Of a stretch of 64,000 nt of DNA, positions 1-8,462 are shown in pieces (the stretch's first letter is position 1; the number at the start of each line of letters is the position of its first letter). Both the position numbers and the translations under genes were made by a program. Origin of the DNA: Bacteroidales bacterium. GTDB lineage: Bacteria; Bacteroidota; Bacteroidia; Bacteroidales; F082. The notes beneath the pieces were generated by a model. That model did not search any database, had not been told where the DNA came from, and was given only the letters and a program-made list of their open reading frames with translations. Location of the stretch: NCBI GenBank assembly GCA_045592965.1, contig JAZNVS010000005.1, forward strand, positions 158 to 64,157, read 5' to 3'.

Positions 1-857
1 CCCATCTTCTGTCCGTTCAAGGTAATCATATTGTTGTGCATCCAATATCTGACAGGTTGCTTGCCTCCATTAAATGCCATTGACTGAGCGATTTCTGATT
101 CATGGTGAGGGAAGATAAGGTCCATGCCGCCGCCGTGAATGTCGAACTGTTCGCCGAGATATTTGCAGCTCATGGCAGAGCATTCGGCGTGCCATCCTGG
201 GAAGCCCTCGCCCCATGGTGAGTTCCAGCGCATGATATGTTTAGGTTCAGCTTTCTTCCATAAAGCGAAGTCGGCACCGTTTCTCTTCTCTAACTGACCA
301 GCCAATTCGCGGGTGTTGTTGAGCATTTCTTCGACATTACGTCCCGAAAGGATACCATAACGGAAGTCCTTATTATATTTTTCGATGTCGAAATAGACAG
401 ATCCGTTTGATTCGTAGGCATAACCTGCATCGAGAATTTTCTGTATCATCTCGATTTGCTCGATGATATGACCAGAAGCGTGAGGTTCGATAGAAGGACG
501 CAAGACGTTAAGTTTATCCATACTCGCATGATAGCGGTCTTTATAATATTGTGCCACTTCCATAGGTTCGAGGTTCTCAAGGCGAGCCTTCTTTGCGATT
601 TTATCTTCGCCTTCGTCGGCATCATGTTCGAGGTGACCTACGTCGGTGATGTTACGGACGTAACGTACTTTATATCCTAAATGTTTGAGGTAACGAAACA
701 CCAAGTCGAATGTGATTGCAGGACGGGCGTGGCCTAAGTGAGCGTCGCCATAGACGGTAGGACCACAAACATACATTCCCACATGAGGAGCGTTGAGAGG
801 CTTGAACAACTCTTTGTTACGAGTCAAGCTGTTGTATATAAAAAGGTTGTTTTCCAT
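1..857 (-). CDS. cysS: Cysteine--tRNA ligase, N-terminal part (gene continues past the left window edge)
   Basis: Minus-strand frame open from ATG (cat at 855-857) to the window edge. It is missing from the ORF track because no stop lies in the window. My translation [51 protein letters not shown]... carries a class-I HIGH-type motif (HLGH) and a CysRS-like N-terminus. Confidence 0.85.
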   Translation of the reverse strand, partial: MENNLFIYNSLTRNKELFKPLNAPHVGMYVCGPTVYGDAHLGHARPAITFDLVFRYLKHLGYKVRYVRNITDVGHLEHDADEGEDKIAKKARLENLEPMEVAQYYKDRYHASMDKLNVLRPSIEPHASGHIIEQIEMIQKILDAGYAYESNGSVYFDIEKYNKDFRYGILSGRNVEEMLNNTRELAGQLEKRNGADFALWKKAEPKHIMRWNSPWGEGFPGWHAECSAMSCKYLGEQFDIHGGGMDLIFPHHESEIAQSMAFNGGKQPVRYWMHNNMITLNGQKM

Positions 858-881
858 GATTTATTATTTTTTCAATAGTTG

Positions 882-889
882 CAAAGTTA
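882..889 (-). promoter_or_regulatory. Bacteroidota -7 promoter box (TAACTTTG) upstream of cysS
   Basis: Matches TAnnTTTG on the minus strand, 25 nt upstream of the cysS ATG. Confidence 0.45.
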
Positions 890-940
890 CAATTATTTTT
901 TATTGATAAGATATAAAAGGAAGTTATTTTTTGACGTATG

Positions 941-948
941 TATATTTG
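941..948 (+). promoter_or_regulatory. Bacteroidota -7 promoter box (TATATTTG) upstream of the LRR protein gene
   Basis: TAnnTTTG match 34 nt upstream of the ATG at 982. Confidence 0.45.
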
Positions 949-981
949 TTTTTTCCTATTTTTGTAAAAAATAATGAACAA

Positions 982-2577
982 ATGAAAAAGCTTTTATTCT
1001 TCGTCATATTGTTAATTTCTGTAGTAAGGTTAGATGCACAGAATATTGGAGACCAAATTACCATAGATTCTTTAATATATAAAGTCACGAGTATTTCACC
1101 TGCGGAATGTGAAGTCTATAGATATACCGACTCAATCACTGATATAACAATTCCTTCAACAATCACCAATTCAGAGACTGAGTTCAGTGTCACTAAAATT
1201 GGAGAATCTGCCTTCTATCGTTGTTCAAGCCTGAGGACAATAGTGATTCCAAACAGCATTATTTCCATTGGGGAAGATGCTTTTAGCTTTTGTTCAAATA
1301 TGACAAGTATTACATTTGAAGAAAATTCTCAACTTGCTTCTATTGGCGATTGGGCTTTTCTTTATGCAAAAAATCTAACAAGTATAGAAATTCCTGACAA
1401 AATCACTGAGATTGGGAAAGCGGTTTTTCATTATTGTTTAAGTCTTACAAGCGTAATTATACCAAATAGTGTTACCAAAATTGGAAAATTAGCTTTTTAT
1501 GGTTGTTCAAGTCTTACAAGTGCAGTAATTCCAAACAGTGTCACTTCCATCGGATCAGGAGCTTTTAATTATTGTTATAGTCTTTCGAACATAGCTATTC
1601 CCAGCAGTGTCACCAATATTGGATTGAGTGCTTTCGACAATTGTCACAATATTACAAATATAACAGTTGAAGAAGGGAATGTTGTATATGACAGCAGAGA
1701 CAATTGCAATGCAATAATAGAAACATCGACAAACACACTGATAACAGCATGTAAATCCACAATTATTCCCAATAGCGTCATTGGAATTGGAAGCGAAGCC
1801 TTTTCTGGATGTTCAAATCTAACAACAATAACAATTCCCAATAGCATCACTTATATTGGTATATGTGCTTTTTCAGGTTGTTCAAGTCTGAAAAGTGTTG
1901 TTTTTGAAGAAAATTCTCAACTTGATTCTATTTGTGGCAATGCTTTTAGTCATAGTTCTATTACATCCATAGAAATTCCAAACAGCACCACTTATATTGG
2001 AAGTTTGGCTTTCAGCGGTTGTTTAAATCTGACATCCATAGAAATTCCAGACAATGTAACTCGTATTGAATCGTGTACTTTCCTTGACTGTTCAAATCTT
2101 ACAAGTGTGGAAATCCCAAGCAGTATAGCTTCTATTGGCGATTGGGCTTTCTATCGTTGTTCAAGCCTGAGGACAATAAAATGCCATGCAGAAAATATTC
2201 CTGAAACAGAAAAAGATGCTTTTGAAGAATGTCCTTCTGATATGACAATATATGTTCCCGAATCATCTGTTGAATCATACAAAGTCGCAACACCATGGAA
2301 CTATTATGAAATTATAGGATTCTCTCCTACATTTGTTTCAGAAGTTCATAATGAAGACTTAAACATCTATCCGAATCCTGTTAACGACAGACTTTATATT
2401 GAAACTGAAGGCGTAATTAAGGAAATTGTTGTTTATGATATTTACGGAAGACGACAGACAATAGGCAACGGAGAACAGTCATTGGATATAGATGTTTCTT
2501 GTTTAAACAGCGGAATTTATTTCGTGAAAATAAAAACGAACAACGGAACAATCACAAAACGATTTGTGAAGCAATAA
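982..2577 (+). CDS. BspA-like leucine-rich-repeat surface protein with T9SS C-terminal sorting domain
   Basis: ORF track 931..2577. The likely start is MKKLLFFVILLISVV (signal peptide) at 982. About 18 tandem ~23-25 aa repeats of the IPNSVTxIGxxAFxxCxxLTSI type. The C-terminus (IYPNPVNDRLYIE...GIYFVKIKTNNGTITKRFVKQ) is typical of a Por/T9SS CTD. Confidence 0.8.
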   Translation: MKKLLFFVILLISVVRLDAQNIGDQITIDSLIYKVTSISPAECEVYRYTDSITDITIPSTITNSETEFSVTKIGESAFYRCSSLRTIVIPNSIISIGEDAFSFCSNMTSITFEENSQLASIGDWAFLYAKNLTSIEIPDKITEIGKAVFHYCLSLTSVIIPNSVTKIGKLAFYGCSSLTSAVIPNSVTSIGSGAFNYCYSLSNIAIPSSVTNIGLSAFDNCHNITNITVEEGNVVYDSRDNCNAIIETSTNTLITACKSTIIPNSVIGIGSEAFSGCSNLTTITIPNSITYIGICAFSGCSSLKSVVFEENSQLDSICGNAFSHSSITSIEIPNSTTYIGSLAFSGCLNLTSIEIPDNVTRIESCTFLDCSNLTSVEIPSSIASIGDWAFYRCSSLRTIKCHAENIPETEKDAFEECPSDMTIYVPESSVESYKVATPWNYYEIIGFSPTFVSEVHNEDLNIYPNPVNDRLYIETEGVIKEIVVYDIYGRRQTIGNGEQSLDIDVSCLNSGIYFVKIKTNNGTITKRFVKQ

Positions 2578-2681
2578 GGCTTTATACAACGATATATATT
2601 GGTTCTTCAATAGAATAATTATTTTTCCTATAACAACGATTTTTTTCTTAAAAATTTACTCGCTTTTTAAATTAAATTCTT

Positions 2682-2689
2682 TACATTTG
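2682..2689 (+). promoter_or_regulatory. Bacteroidota -7 promoter box (TACATTTG) upstream of kbl
   Basis: TAnnTTTG match 45 nt upstream of the ATG at 2734. Confidence 0.5.
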
Positions 2690-2733
2690 CGTTTTGATAA
2701 GACTTTGTTAGTAATCATTTAACAATTTGTGTT

Positions 2734-3921
2734 ATGTATAATAAATTTCAACAATATTTACAAAAGGAATTAGCTCAGATTGAAGCTGATGGCCTTTACA
2801 AAAACGAACGTATAATTGAAAGTCCACAAGGTGCAGAAATCATGGTGAAAGGCAAGAAATGCTTAAACTTCTGCGCTAACAACTATCTTGGTTTAGCCGA
2901 CAATCCAGAGCTTATCGAAGCAGCAAAGAAAGGCTTAGACTCACGCGGTTTCGGTATGGCTTCAGTTCGCTTCATCTGCGGATGCCAAGACTTACACAAA
3001 CAATTAGAACAAAAAATCGCTGAGTTCTTCGGTACAGAAGACACTATTTTATATGCAGCATGTTTCGACGCTAACGGCGGCGTTTTCGAACCATTGTTAG
3101 GACCAGAAGATGCTATCATCTCCGACGCTTTGAACCACGCTTCTATCATCGACGGCGTACGTCTCTGTAAAGCACAACGTTTCCGTTACGCTAACGCTGA
3201 CATGGCAGACCTCGAAGCTCAACTTCAAGCAGCTAAAGACTGCCGTTTCAAACTCATCGTCACTGACGGTGTTTTCTCAATGGACGGCAATGTTTGTCCT
3301 TTGGATAAGATTTACGAACTCGCACAGAAATATGACGCTATGGTCATGGTTGACGAAAGCCACTCAGCAGGTGTCGTCGGCACAACAGGTCGTGGCGTGA
3401 CAGAACGCTTCAACCTCAGAGGCGAAATAGAAATCTTGACAGGCACTCTCGGCAAGGCATTTGGCGGCGCAATGGGCGGTTTCACAACAGGTAAGAAAGA
3501 AATCATCGATATGTTACGTCAACGTTCTCGTCCTTATCTCTTCTCTAACTCAATGGCTCCAGGCTTAGTAGCAGCTGGCATCCGTATGTTCGAGATGATG
3601 AGCGAGACAAACGAACTCCAAGACAAATTACACGCAAACACCGACTACTTCATCAAGGAAATGGTGGCAAAAGGATTCGACTGCAAACCATCAGAATCAG
3701 CAATCTGCGCCGTGATGTTATACGACGCTCCTCTCTCACAAAAATTCGCTGCTCGTATGCAAGACGAAGGCATCTTCGTGACAGGCTTCTACTACCCTGT
3801 AGTTCCAAAAGGACAAGCTCGTATCAGAGTACAGATCTCAGCAGCTCACGAGAAAGAACATTTAGACAAGTGTATCAACGCTTTCGTAAAGATCGGACAA
3901 GAATTAGGTGTTATAAAATAA
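2734..3921 (+). CDS. kbl: Glycine C-acetyltransferase (2-amino-3-ketobutyrate CoA ligase), PLP-dependent
   Basis: 395 aa, alpha-oxoamine synthase family (CANNYLGL, ISDALNHASIIDG, DESHSAGVVG, GTLGKA). Paired with a threonine dehydrogenase gene immediately downstream. Confidence 0.9.
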   Translation: MYNKFQQYLQKELAQIEADGLYKNERIIESPQGAEIMVKGKKCLNFCANNYLGLADNPELIEAAKKGLDSRGFGMASVRFICGCQDLHKQLEQKIAEFFGTEDTILYAACFDANGGVFEPLLGPEDAIISDALNHASIIDGVRLCKAQRFRYANADMADLEAQLQAAKDCRFKLIVTDGVFSMDGNVCPLDKIYELAQKYDAMVMVDESHSAGVVGTTGRGVTERFNLRGEIEILTGTLGKAFGGAMGGFTTGKKEIIDMLRQRSRPYLFSNSMAPGLVAAGIRMFEMMSETNELQDKLHANTDYFIKEMVAKGFDCKPSESAICAVMLYDAPLSQKFAARMQDEGIFVTGFYYPVVPKGQARIRVQISAAHEKEHLDKCINAFVKIGQELGVIK

Positions 3922-3938
3922 TTAACTTTCGTTAAGTT

Positions 3939-4889
3939 ATGAAAAAGATATTAATAGTTGGTTCCGGCGGTCAGATCGGAACAGAGTTGGTCAAGAAACT
4001 TCGTGGCATCTATGGCAACGAAAACGTAGTAGCCAGCGACTTACGTCAGCTCACAGGTGAAATCGTCGAGAATGGTCCTTTTGAAAGAATCGACTCGACA
4101 AACATGATGCAAATCATTGAGGTAGTGAAGAAATATAACATCGACACTATCTATAACCTCGCCGCCATTCTTTCTGCGACAGCAGAGCTTAACCCAATGT
4201 TAGGCTGGAACGTCGGTATCGGCAGCTTGGTCAACTGCTTGGAAATAGCACGCGTTTTCGGTTGTGCAGTCTTCACACCTTCTTCAATAGGCGCCTTCGG
4301 TCCTAACACACCAAAAGACATGACACCACAGGATACAATACAACGTCCTAATACTATATACGGTGTGACTAAGGTAACAGGTGAGTTGTTGAGCGACTAT
4401 TACTTCACACGTTTTGGCGTTGACACACGTTCCGTACGTTTCCCAGGCTTGATTTCGAACCTCACACTTCCAGGCGGCGGCACCACAGACTACGCAGTGG
4501 AGATATACTATGCTGCTGTCAAAGGCGAGAAATTCATCTGCCCATTAGAGAAAGGAACCTTCATGGATATGATGTATATGCCTGACGCATTAGACGCTAT
4601 GGTCGACATCATGGAAGCTGACCCAAGCAAACTCATACACCGCAACTCATTCAATGTGACAGCGATGAGTTTTGACCCAGAAATTCTTTATAACACAATC
4701 AAGAAATATATTCCTACTTTCGAGATGGAATACAAGCCAGAGCCTATCAAGCAAGCTATCGCCAACTCATGGCCTAACAGCTTAGACGACAGCTGCGCTC
4801 GCAACGAATGGGGCTGGAATCCAAAATACGACCTCGATAAGATGTCAGTCGATATGATTGAGACATTAAGAAAAAAAATGGGACTTTAA
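3939..4889 (+). CDS. tdh: L-threonine 3-dehydrogenase, NAD-dependent epimerase/dehydratase (SDR) type
   Basis: 316 aa with N-terminal GSGGQIG Rossmann motif and YGVTK catalytic-type motif. Lies 17 nt downstream of kbl, the classic kbl-tdh pairing. Confidence 0.8.
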   Translation: MKKILIVGSGGQIGTELVKKLRGIYGNENVVASDLRQLTGEIVENGPFERIDSTNMMQIIEVVKKYNIDTIYNLAAILSATAELNPMLGWNVGIGSLVNCLEIARVFGCAVFTPSSIGAFGPNTPKDMTPQDTIQRPNTIYGVTKVTGELLSDYYFTRFGVDTRSVRFPGLISNLTLPGGGTTDYAVEIYYAAVKGEKFICPLEKGTFMDMMYMPDALDAMVDIMEADPSKLIHRNSFNVTAMSFDPEILYNTIKKYIPTFEMEYKPEPIKQAIANSWPNSLDDSCARNEWGWNPKYDLDKMSVDMIETLRKKMGL

Positions 4890-4906
4890 TAGTCCCATTT
4901 TTTTTA
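4871..4906. terminator. Bidirectional intrinsic terminator between convergent tdh and the DUF2147 gene
   Basis: A7-ATGGGACT-ttaat-AGTCCCAT-T8. Perfect 8-bp stem flanked by an A-run and a T-run; overlaps the tdh stop codon. Confidence 0.8.
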
Positions 4907-5308
4907 ACGAATCCAAGTCTGCGACCTTCCTATCCAGCCGCGTTTGTCTATAGAACCGCGTAAAGTTATGGTATTGTCTTCTTTGTTATAAGTAATCTTA
5001 CCATAATAGTTTTTCTTTCCTTCTGGTTCATAGATGATACCGTTTCTGAGCATACCGTCATACTCTTCCATGTCCTTGATGACGACCATATTCTCAAAGC
5101 CTGTGTCTTTCAACTCCTGTCCTTTCCAGAATACTTTCAGAATCTTTCCGTAATAAAGACCGTTATCGCCTTTATAAAATTCCACTATACCTTTGGTCTC
5201 GCCCGTCACGTCATCAACAGTACGCCATTGGCCGAGAATCTTTTCCACTTGAGCTGATGCCATCATCGAGCTAAGAAATAATGCTAATAATAAAAGGTGT
5301 TTTTTCAT
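4904..5308 (-). CDS. DUF2147-like secreted small protein
   Basis: 134 aa with a signal peptide (MKKHLLLLALFLSSMMASA). GQWRTVDDVTGETKGIVEFYK...YYGKI...RGSI...GRSQTWIR resembles the DUF2147 family as I remember it. Confidence 0.7.
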   Translation of the reverse strand: MKKHLLLLALFLSSMMASAQVEKILGQWRTVDDVTGETKGIVEFYKGDNGLYYGKILKVFWKGQELKDTGFENMVVIKDMEEYDGMLRNGIIYEPEGKKNYYGKITYNKEDNTITLRGSIDKRGWIGRSQTWIR

Positions 5309-5375
5309 AATTCATAATTCATAATTCATAATGCATAATTCATAATGCATAATTCATAATTCATAATGCATAATT
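5306..5375. repeat. Heptanucleotide microsatellite (CATAATT/CATAATG) x10
   Basis: Ten contiguous 7-nt units counted base by base. Unit 1 contains the DUF2147 start codon (cat at 5306-5308). Confidence 0.95.
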
Positions 5376-5379
5376 ACTA

Positions 5380-5425
5380 AGACGCATCAATGTGGGTTTA
5401 TTTTTAGGGGTTCATTGATACGTCT
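5380..5425. repeat. AGACG...CGTCT hairpin element (terminator-like), copy E1
   Basis: Arms AGACGCATCAATG (5380-5392) and CATTGATACGTCT (5413-5425) give 13 bp with one mismatch and a 20-nt loop. Lies between the purN stop and the DUF2147 start. Confidence 0.75.
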
Positions 5426-5429
5426 CTAC

Positions 5430-5457
5430 ATTGTTAATTGTCAATTGTTAATTTCTC
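5430..5457. repeat. Heptanucleotide repeat (ATTGTTA/ATTGTCA/ATTTCTC) x4
   Basis: Four 7-nt units overlapping the last purN codons and its stop. Confidence 0.8.
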
Positions 5458-6000
5458 AATAACTTCCGGATAGTGTTTATATTCCAAAGTGTGAATCTTC
5501 GCTGCGAGACTATCTGGCGTCTCTCCTTCTTCTAAAGCGACTTGAGCTTGGAAGATAATATCGCCGCTGTCGTAATGTTCGTTCACATAATGAATTGTGA
5601 TGCCAGAATATTCTTCTTTTGCTGCCACCACCGCCTCATGAACATGTTCGCCATAGAAACCTTTACCACCATATTTTGGCAATAAGGCAGGATGAATATT
5701 AATAATTTTATTAGGGAAAGCTTCAATGAGATGTTGAGGCACAAGCCATAAGAAACCTGCCAATACAATCAAATCAATATTTTGATTTAAAAGTTCCTTG
5801 CTTAATTCTTCACTTTTAAACTCCGCCCTATTGATAATCTTACATGGAATATTTAAGTTTTTCGCTCTTTCAATAGCATACGCATTGGGATTGTTACAAA
5901 TCACATTAGCTATCTCCACCTCTGGATTCTCTGCAAAATATTCCGCTATCCGCTGTAAATTAGTACCTCCACCAGATACAAAAATCGACAATCTTTTCAT
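5434..6000 (-). CDS. purN: Phosphoribosylglycinamide formyltransferase
   Basis: 188 aa with SGGGTNLQ, INIHPALLPKYGG and GITIHYVNEHYDSGDII motifs typical of PurN. Confidence 0.9.
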   Translation of the reverse strand: MKRLSIFVSGGGTNLQRIAEYFAENPEVEIANVICNNPNAYAIERAKNLNIPCKIINRAEFKSEELSKELLNQNIDLIVLAGFLWLVPQHLIEAFPNKIINIHPALLPKYGGKGFYGEHVHEAVVAAKEEYSGITIHYVNEHYDSGDIIFQAQVALEEGETPDSLAAKIHTLEYKHYPEVIEKLTIDN

Positions 6001-6014
6001 ATATATATACTTTT

Positions 6015-8462
6015 TTATTTAATTTTACTTAAAATCTTAACTTCTTCATTTGGAGACATATCAAACCAAATAATCCACTCGTCACCAAAACTTGTCTCCC
6101 TTTTGTTAAAATATTTTAAATTATCTAGTTCCACTTCTTTTGTAGCTATCAAAGATAAGCCTTTTATCGTTTCATCGCCATGATTTTTTAAGACTACATC
6201 ACCATTTCCCTCAACTCTATATTCCAACGTTTTTAGATGCTGCTGATATTTCATATAATCGGCTATCGTTGTCGGCAACAGCAAACGCTGCTCTCTCATT
6301 TTCGCAATCTTATCAAGTGCGCGATTGAATCCTTTCTTAGCCACAACCTTTCCATTTTCCACTTCCCAGAAACCTCTTTTATCCTCAACCCAAGGCGCAT
6401 AAATATGAGTAATAAACACTTCCCTATAATCAACAATCTTATCCAACATTTCCTGACTGAAATAATAATCCCAAGTCCAGTTTTCGCCAGGCTCGATGGT
6501 ATAATGCGTAAACCAAATCAAGATGTCAGGATATGAAGGATACGAACTTATTTTAGGCAAAGGGAATGCGTCGCCAAAGCCTGGATATGGACGTGAAAAG
6601 TTATTATTAAACAGATAGTCTCCAAAGGGAGTTGCGTCTTCGTAGGAACAATTCCAAACATACTTCACACCATTTTCCTTCCATAAGTCGTAAACATAAT
6701 ATGGCGATGTCGAATCCAAACCATCACAAACCATATTCTCTCTATTGTTAACGATAGCATTGTTATAACCGTGGTCAATCCATGAAGGAGAAGCGAAATT
6801 TTCCTTCATAAAAGAAAGCGCCTCCGACAATGATTCTCTATCTGAAGTATGTTGTTCGGGAGTATGCAAACAAATATCAAAGCCATTACCATCCAACTGT
6901 TTAAGGAAATCATAGAAGGAATTATCTGTCTTAATCGTAGAATGGAATCCTGGATAATCTTCGTTTTTCTCATAATTGGTAATTGAATCTGGATTGTTAT
7001 AAAAGACGCTCTTCGTAACAGGGATATCGTAATATGCAAAACCTCCAATAGCATCTTCAATTTCAGACACATCTTCACTTCCGAAATAGGTAGCTCTATG
7101 GGTTTTAATATCCGCCCAGTCAGCGTGCTCCGTCCATATAATGGCAGACTCATATCCATCATAAACTGGCATAATTCTCGGAAGAATGGTCTTATCTGTC
7201 AACGATATAACGAAGGACGATGAATCAAGAGAACCTTTTTTCATGAAGACCGTAGAGTTATTAACGAAATAATCGGAGGTATCGCCAAGAGGAAAATGAA
7301 TCAAGAAATGGTCTCTGTAATAATCCGTATTGATATATGCTATAGAATTTCTCGTATCAAGCTGAATTGAAGATATATCATCTGGATGATATAAATTTAT
7401 CTGTTTCTCATCAAGTTCAAGCGAGAAACCTTCGTTATCAAGATAATAAACATTTTGATAATCGCCTGTATCAACGAATGAATTATTTCTATAAACAATA
7501 AAATCATCATCGATGAAGGGTATTATCAATGACGATTTGACTATGTTAATATCTTTTAGGTATTTCGTTTGCAAAGAAAAATTAACATTAGGATTCTCAT
7601 CTTCTATAGTGATTATAAGTTCGCTTATAGCTATATTATTTTCATTCTTAAATCTTAGAACGCTCACATTTTCTCTTTTAACATTTTTTAACAAATTCCA
7701 ATCAGCAGATTGTAGTTCTATAGTATCACTATCCACAATCAAAGAATAAAACATCGACAATGGCTTAGTAAATTGACTCTTATTATTATCAGCAAGCATT
7801 ACTCTATTTTCTTTTTCAGAATAAAGAATATTTATAGTTTCAGTATCAGTGATTTCCTTTAAATATCTTGGCTGCTTATATTGATTTATCTCATCTACAT
7901 AAGTTGGCAATTCATATAGTTTTACATGAAGATTAAAATCATCAATATAAAAATGGTTCTTATTAGAGTTTAATACAAAGCAATTCAATTTAGAATTTCT
8001 TAACATATCGTTAGGGAGATTCAGTTCAAAGGAAACTTCATACCATTTATTATTAACGAAGCCTTCTGAAAGAGGAAATGTACGCCATAAAATATTCTTG
8101 CTGTCTCTCGATATTGAAATCGCGAACAAAGCGTCAGGTTCATGTTCAGACTTAAGCTTCATATCTATGTTAAGCAGAGCGTTACATCTTCTTATACTAT
8201 CATCTATCATCAAGTTAAAGCCAAAAGCATATTGCTTATTTTCCAGGCACTCACAAACGTAGCTACCGGAAAACGCCAATGAGTCATATTTTCTGACTAT
8301 GTTTTTCCAGATAGGATTATGGAATTCCTCTTCAAAATTATTGAGGTAAGATATTGTTATATCAGATGATGTATTATCAATAATTCTATTACAAGCAAAA
8401 AAAGGGAATGCCAGTGCTATAATTAGCGACAAAAAAAATACTAACTTAATTTTTTTAAACAT
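6015..8462 (-). CDS. Large lipoprotein of unknown function; the C-terminal ~380 aa may be a divergent deacetylase/glycoside-hydrolase-like barrel
   Basis: ORF track 6015..8522. The probable start MFKKIKLVFFLSLIIALAFPFFAC (lipobox) at 8462 overlaps the upstream stop by 8 nt. The C-terminal region has WTEHAD and CLHTPEQH motifs loosely reminiscent of CE4-type metal sites. I recognise no confident family. Confidence 0.55.
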   Translation of the reverse strand: MFKKIKLVFFLSLIIALAFPFFACNRIIDNTSSDITISYLNNFEEEFHNPIWKNIVRKYDSLAFSGSYVCECLENKQYAFGFNLMIDDSIRRCNALLNIDMKLKSEHEPDALFAISISRDSKNILWRTFPLSEGFVNNKWYEVSFELNLPNDMLRNSKLNCFVLNSNKNHFYIDDFNLHVKLYELPTYVDEINQYKQPRYLKEITDTETINILYSEKENRVMLADNNKSQFTKPLSMFYSLIVDSDTIELQSADWNLLKNVKRENVSVLRFKNENNIAISELIITIEDENPNVNFSLQTKYLKDINIVKSSLIIPFIDDDFIVYRNNSFVDTGDYQNVYYLDNEGFSLELDEKQINLYHPDDISSIQLDTRNSIAYINTDYYRDHFLIHFPLGDTSDYFVNNSTVFMKKGSLDSSSFVISLTDKTILPRIMPVYDGYESAIIWTEHADWADIKTHRATYFGSEDVSEIEDAIGGFAYYDIPVTKSVFYNNPDSITNYEKNEDYPGFHSTIKTDNSFYDFLKQLDGNGFDICLHTPEQHTSDRESLSEALSFMKENFASPSWIDHGYNNAIVNNRENMVCDGLDSTSPYYVYDLWKENGVKYVWNCSYEDATPFGDYLFNNNFSRPYPGFGDAFPLPKISSYPSYPDILIWFTHYTIEPGENWTWDYYFSQEMLDKIVDYREVFITHIYAPWVEDKRGFWEVENGKVVAKKGFNRALDKIAKMREQRLLLPTTIADYMKYQQHLKTLEYRVEGNGDVVLKNHGDETIKGLSLIATKEVELDNLKYFNKRETSFGDEWIIWFDMSPNEEVKILSKIK

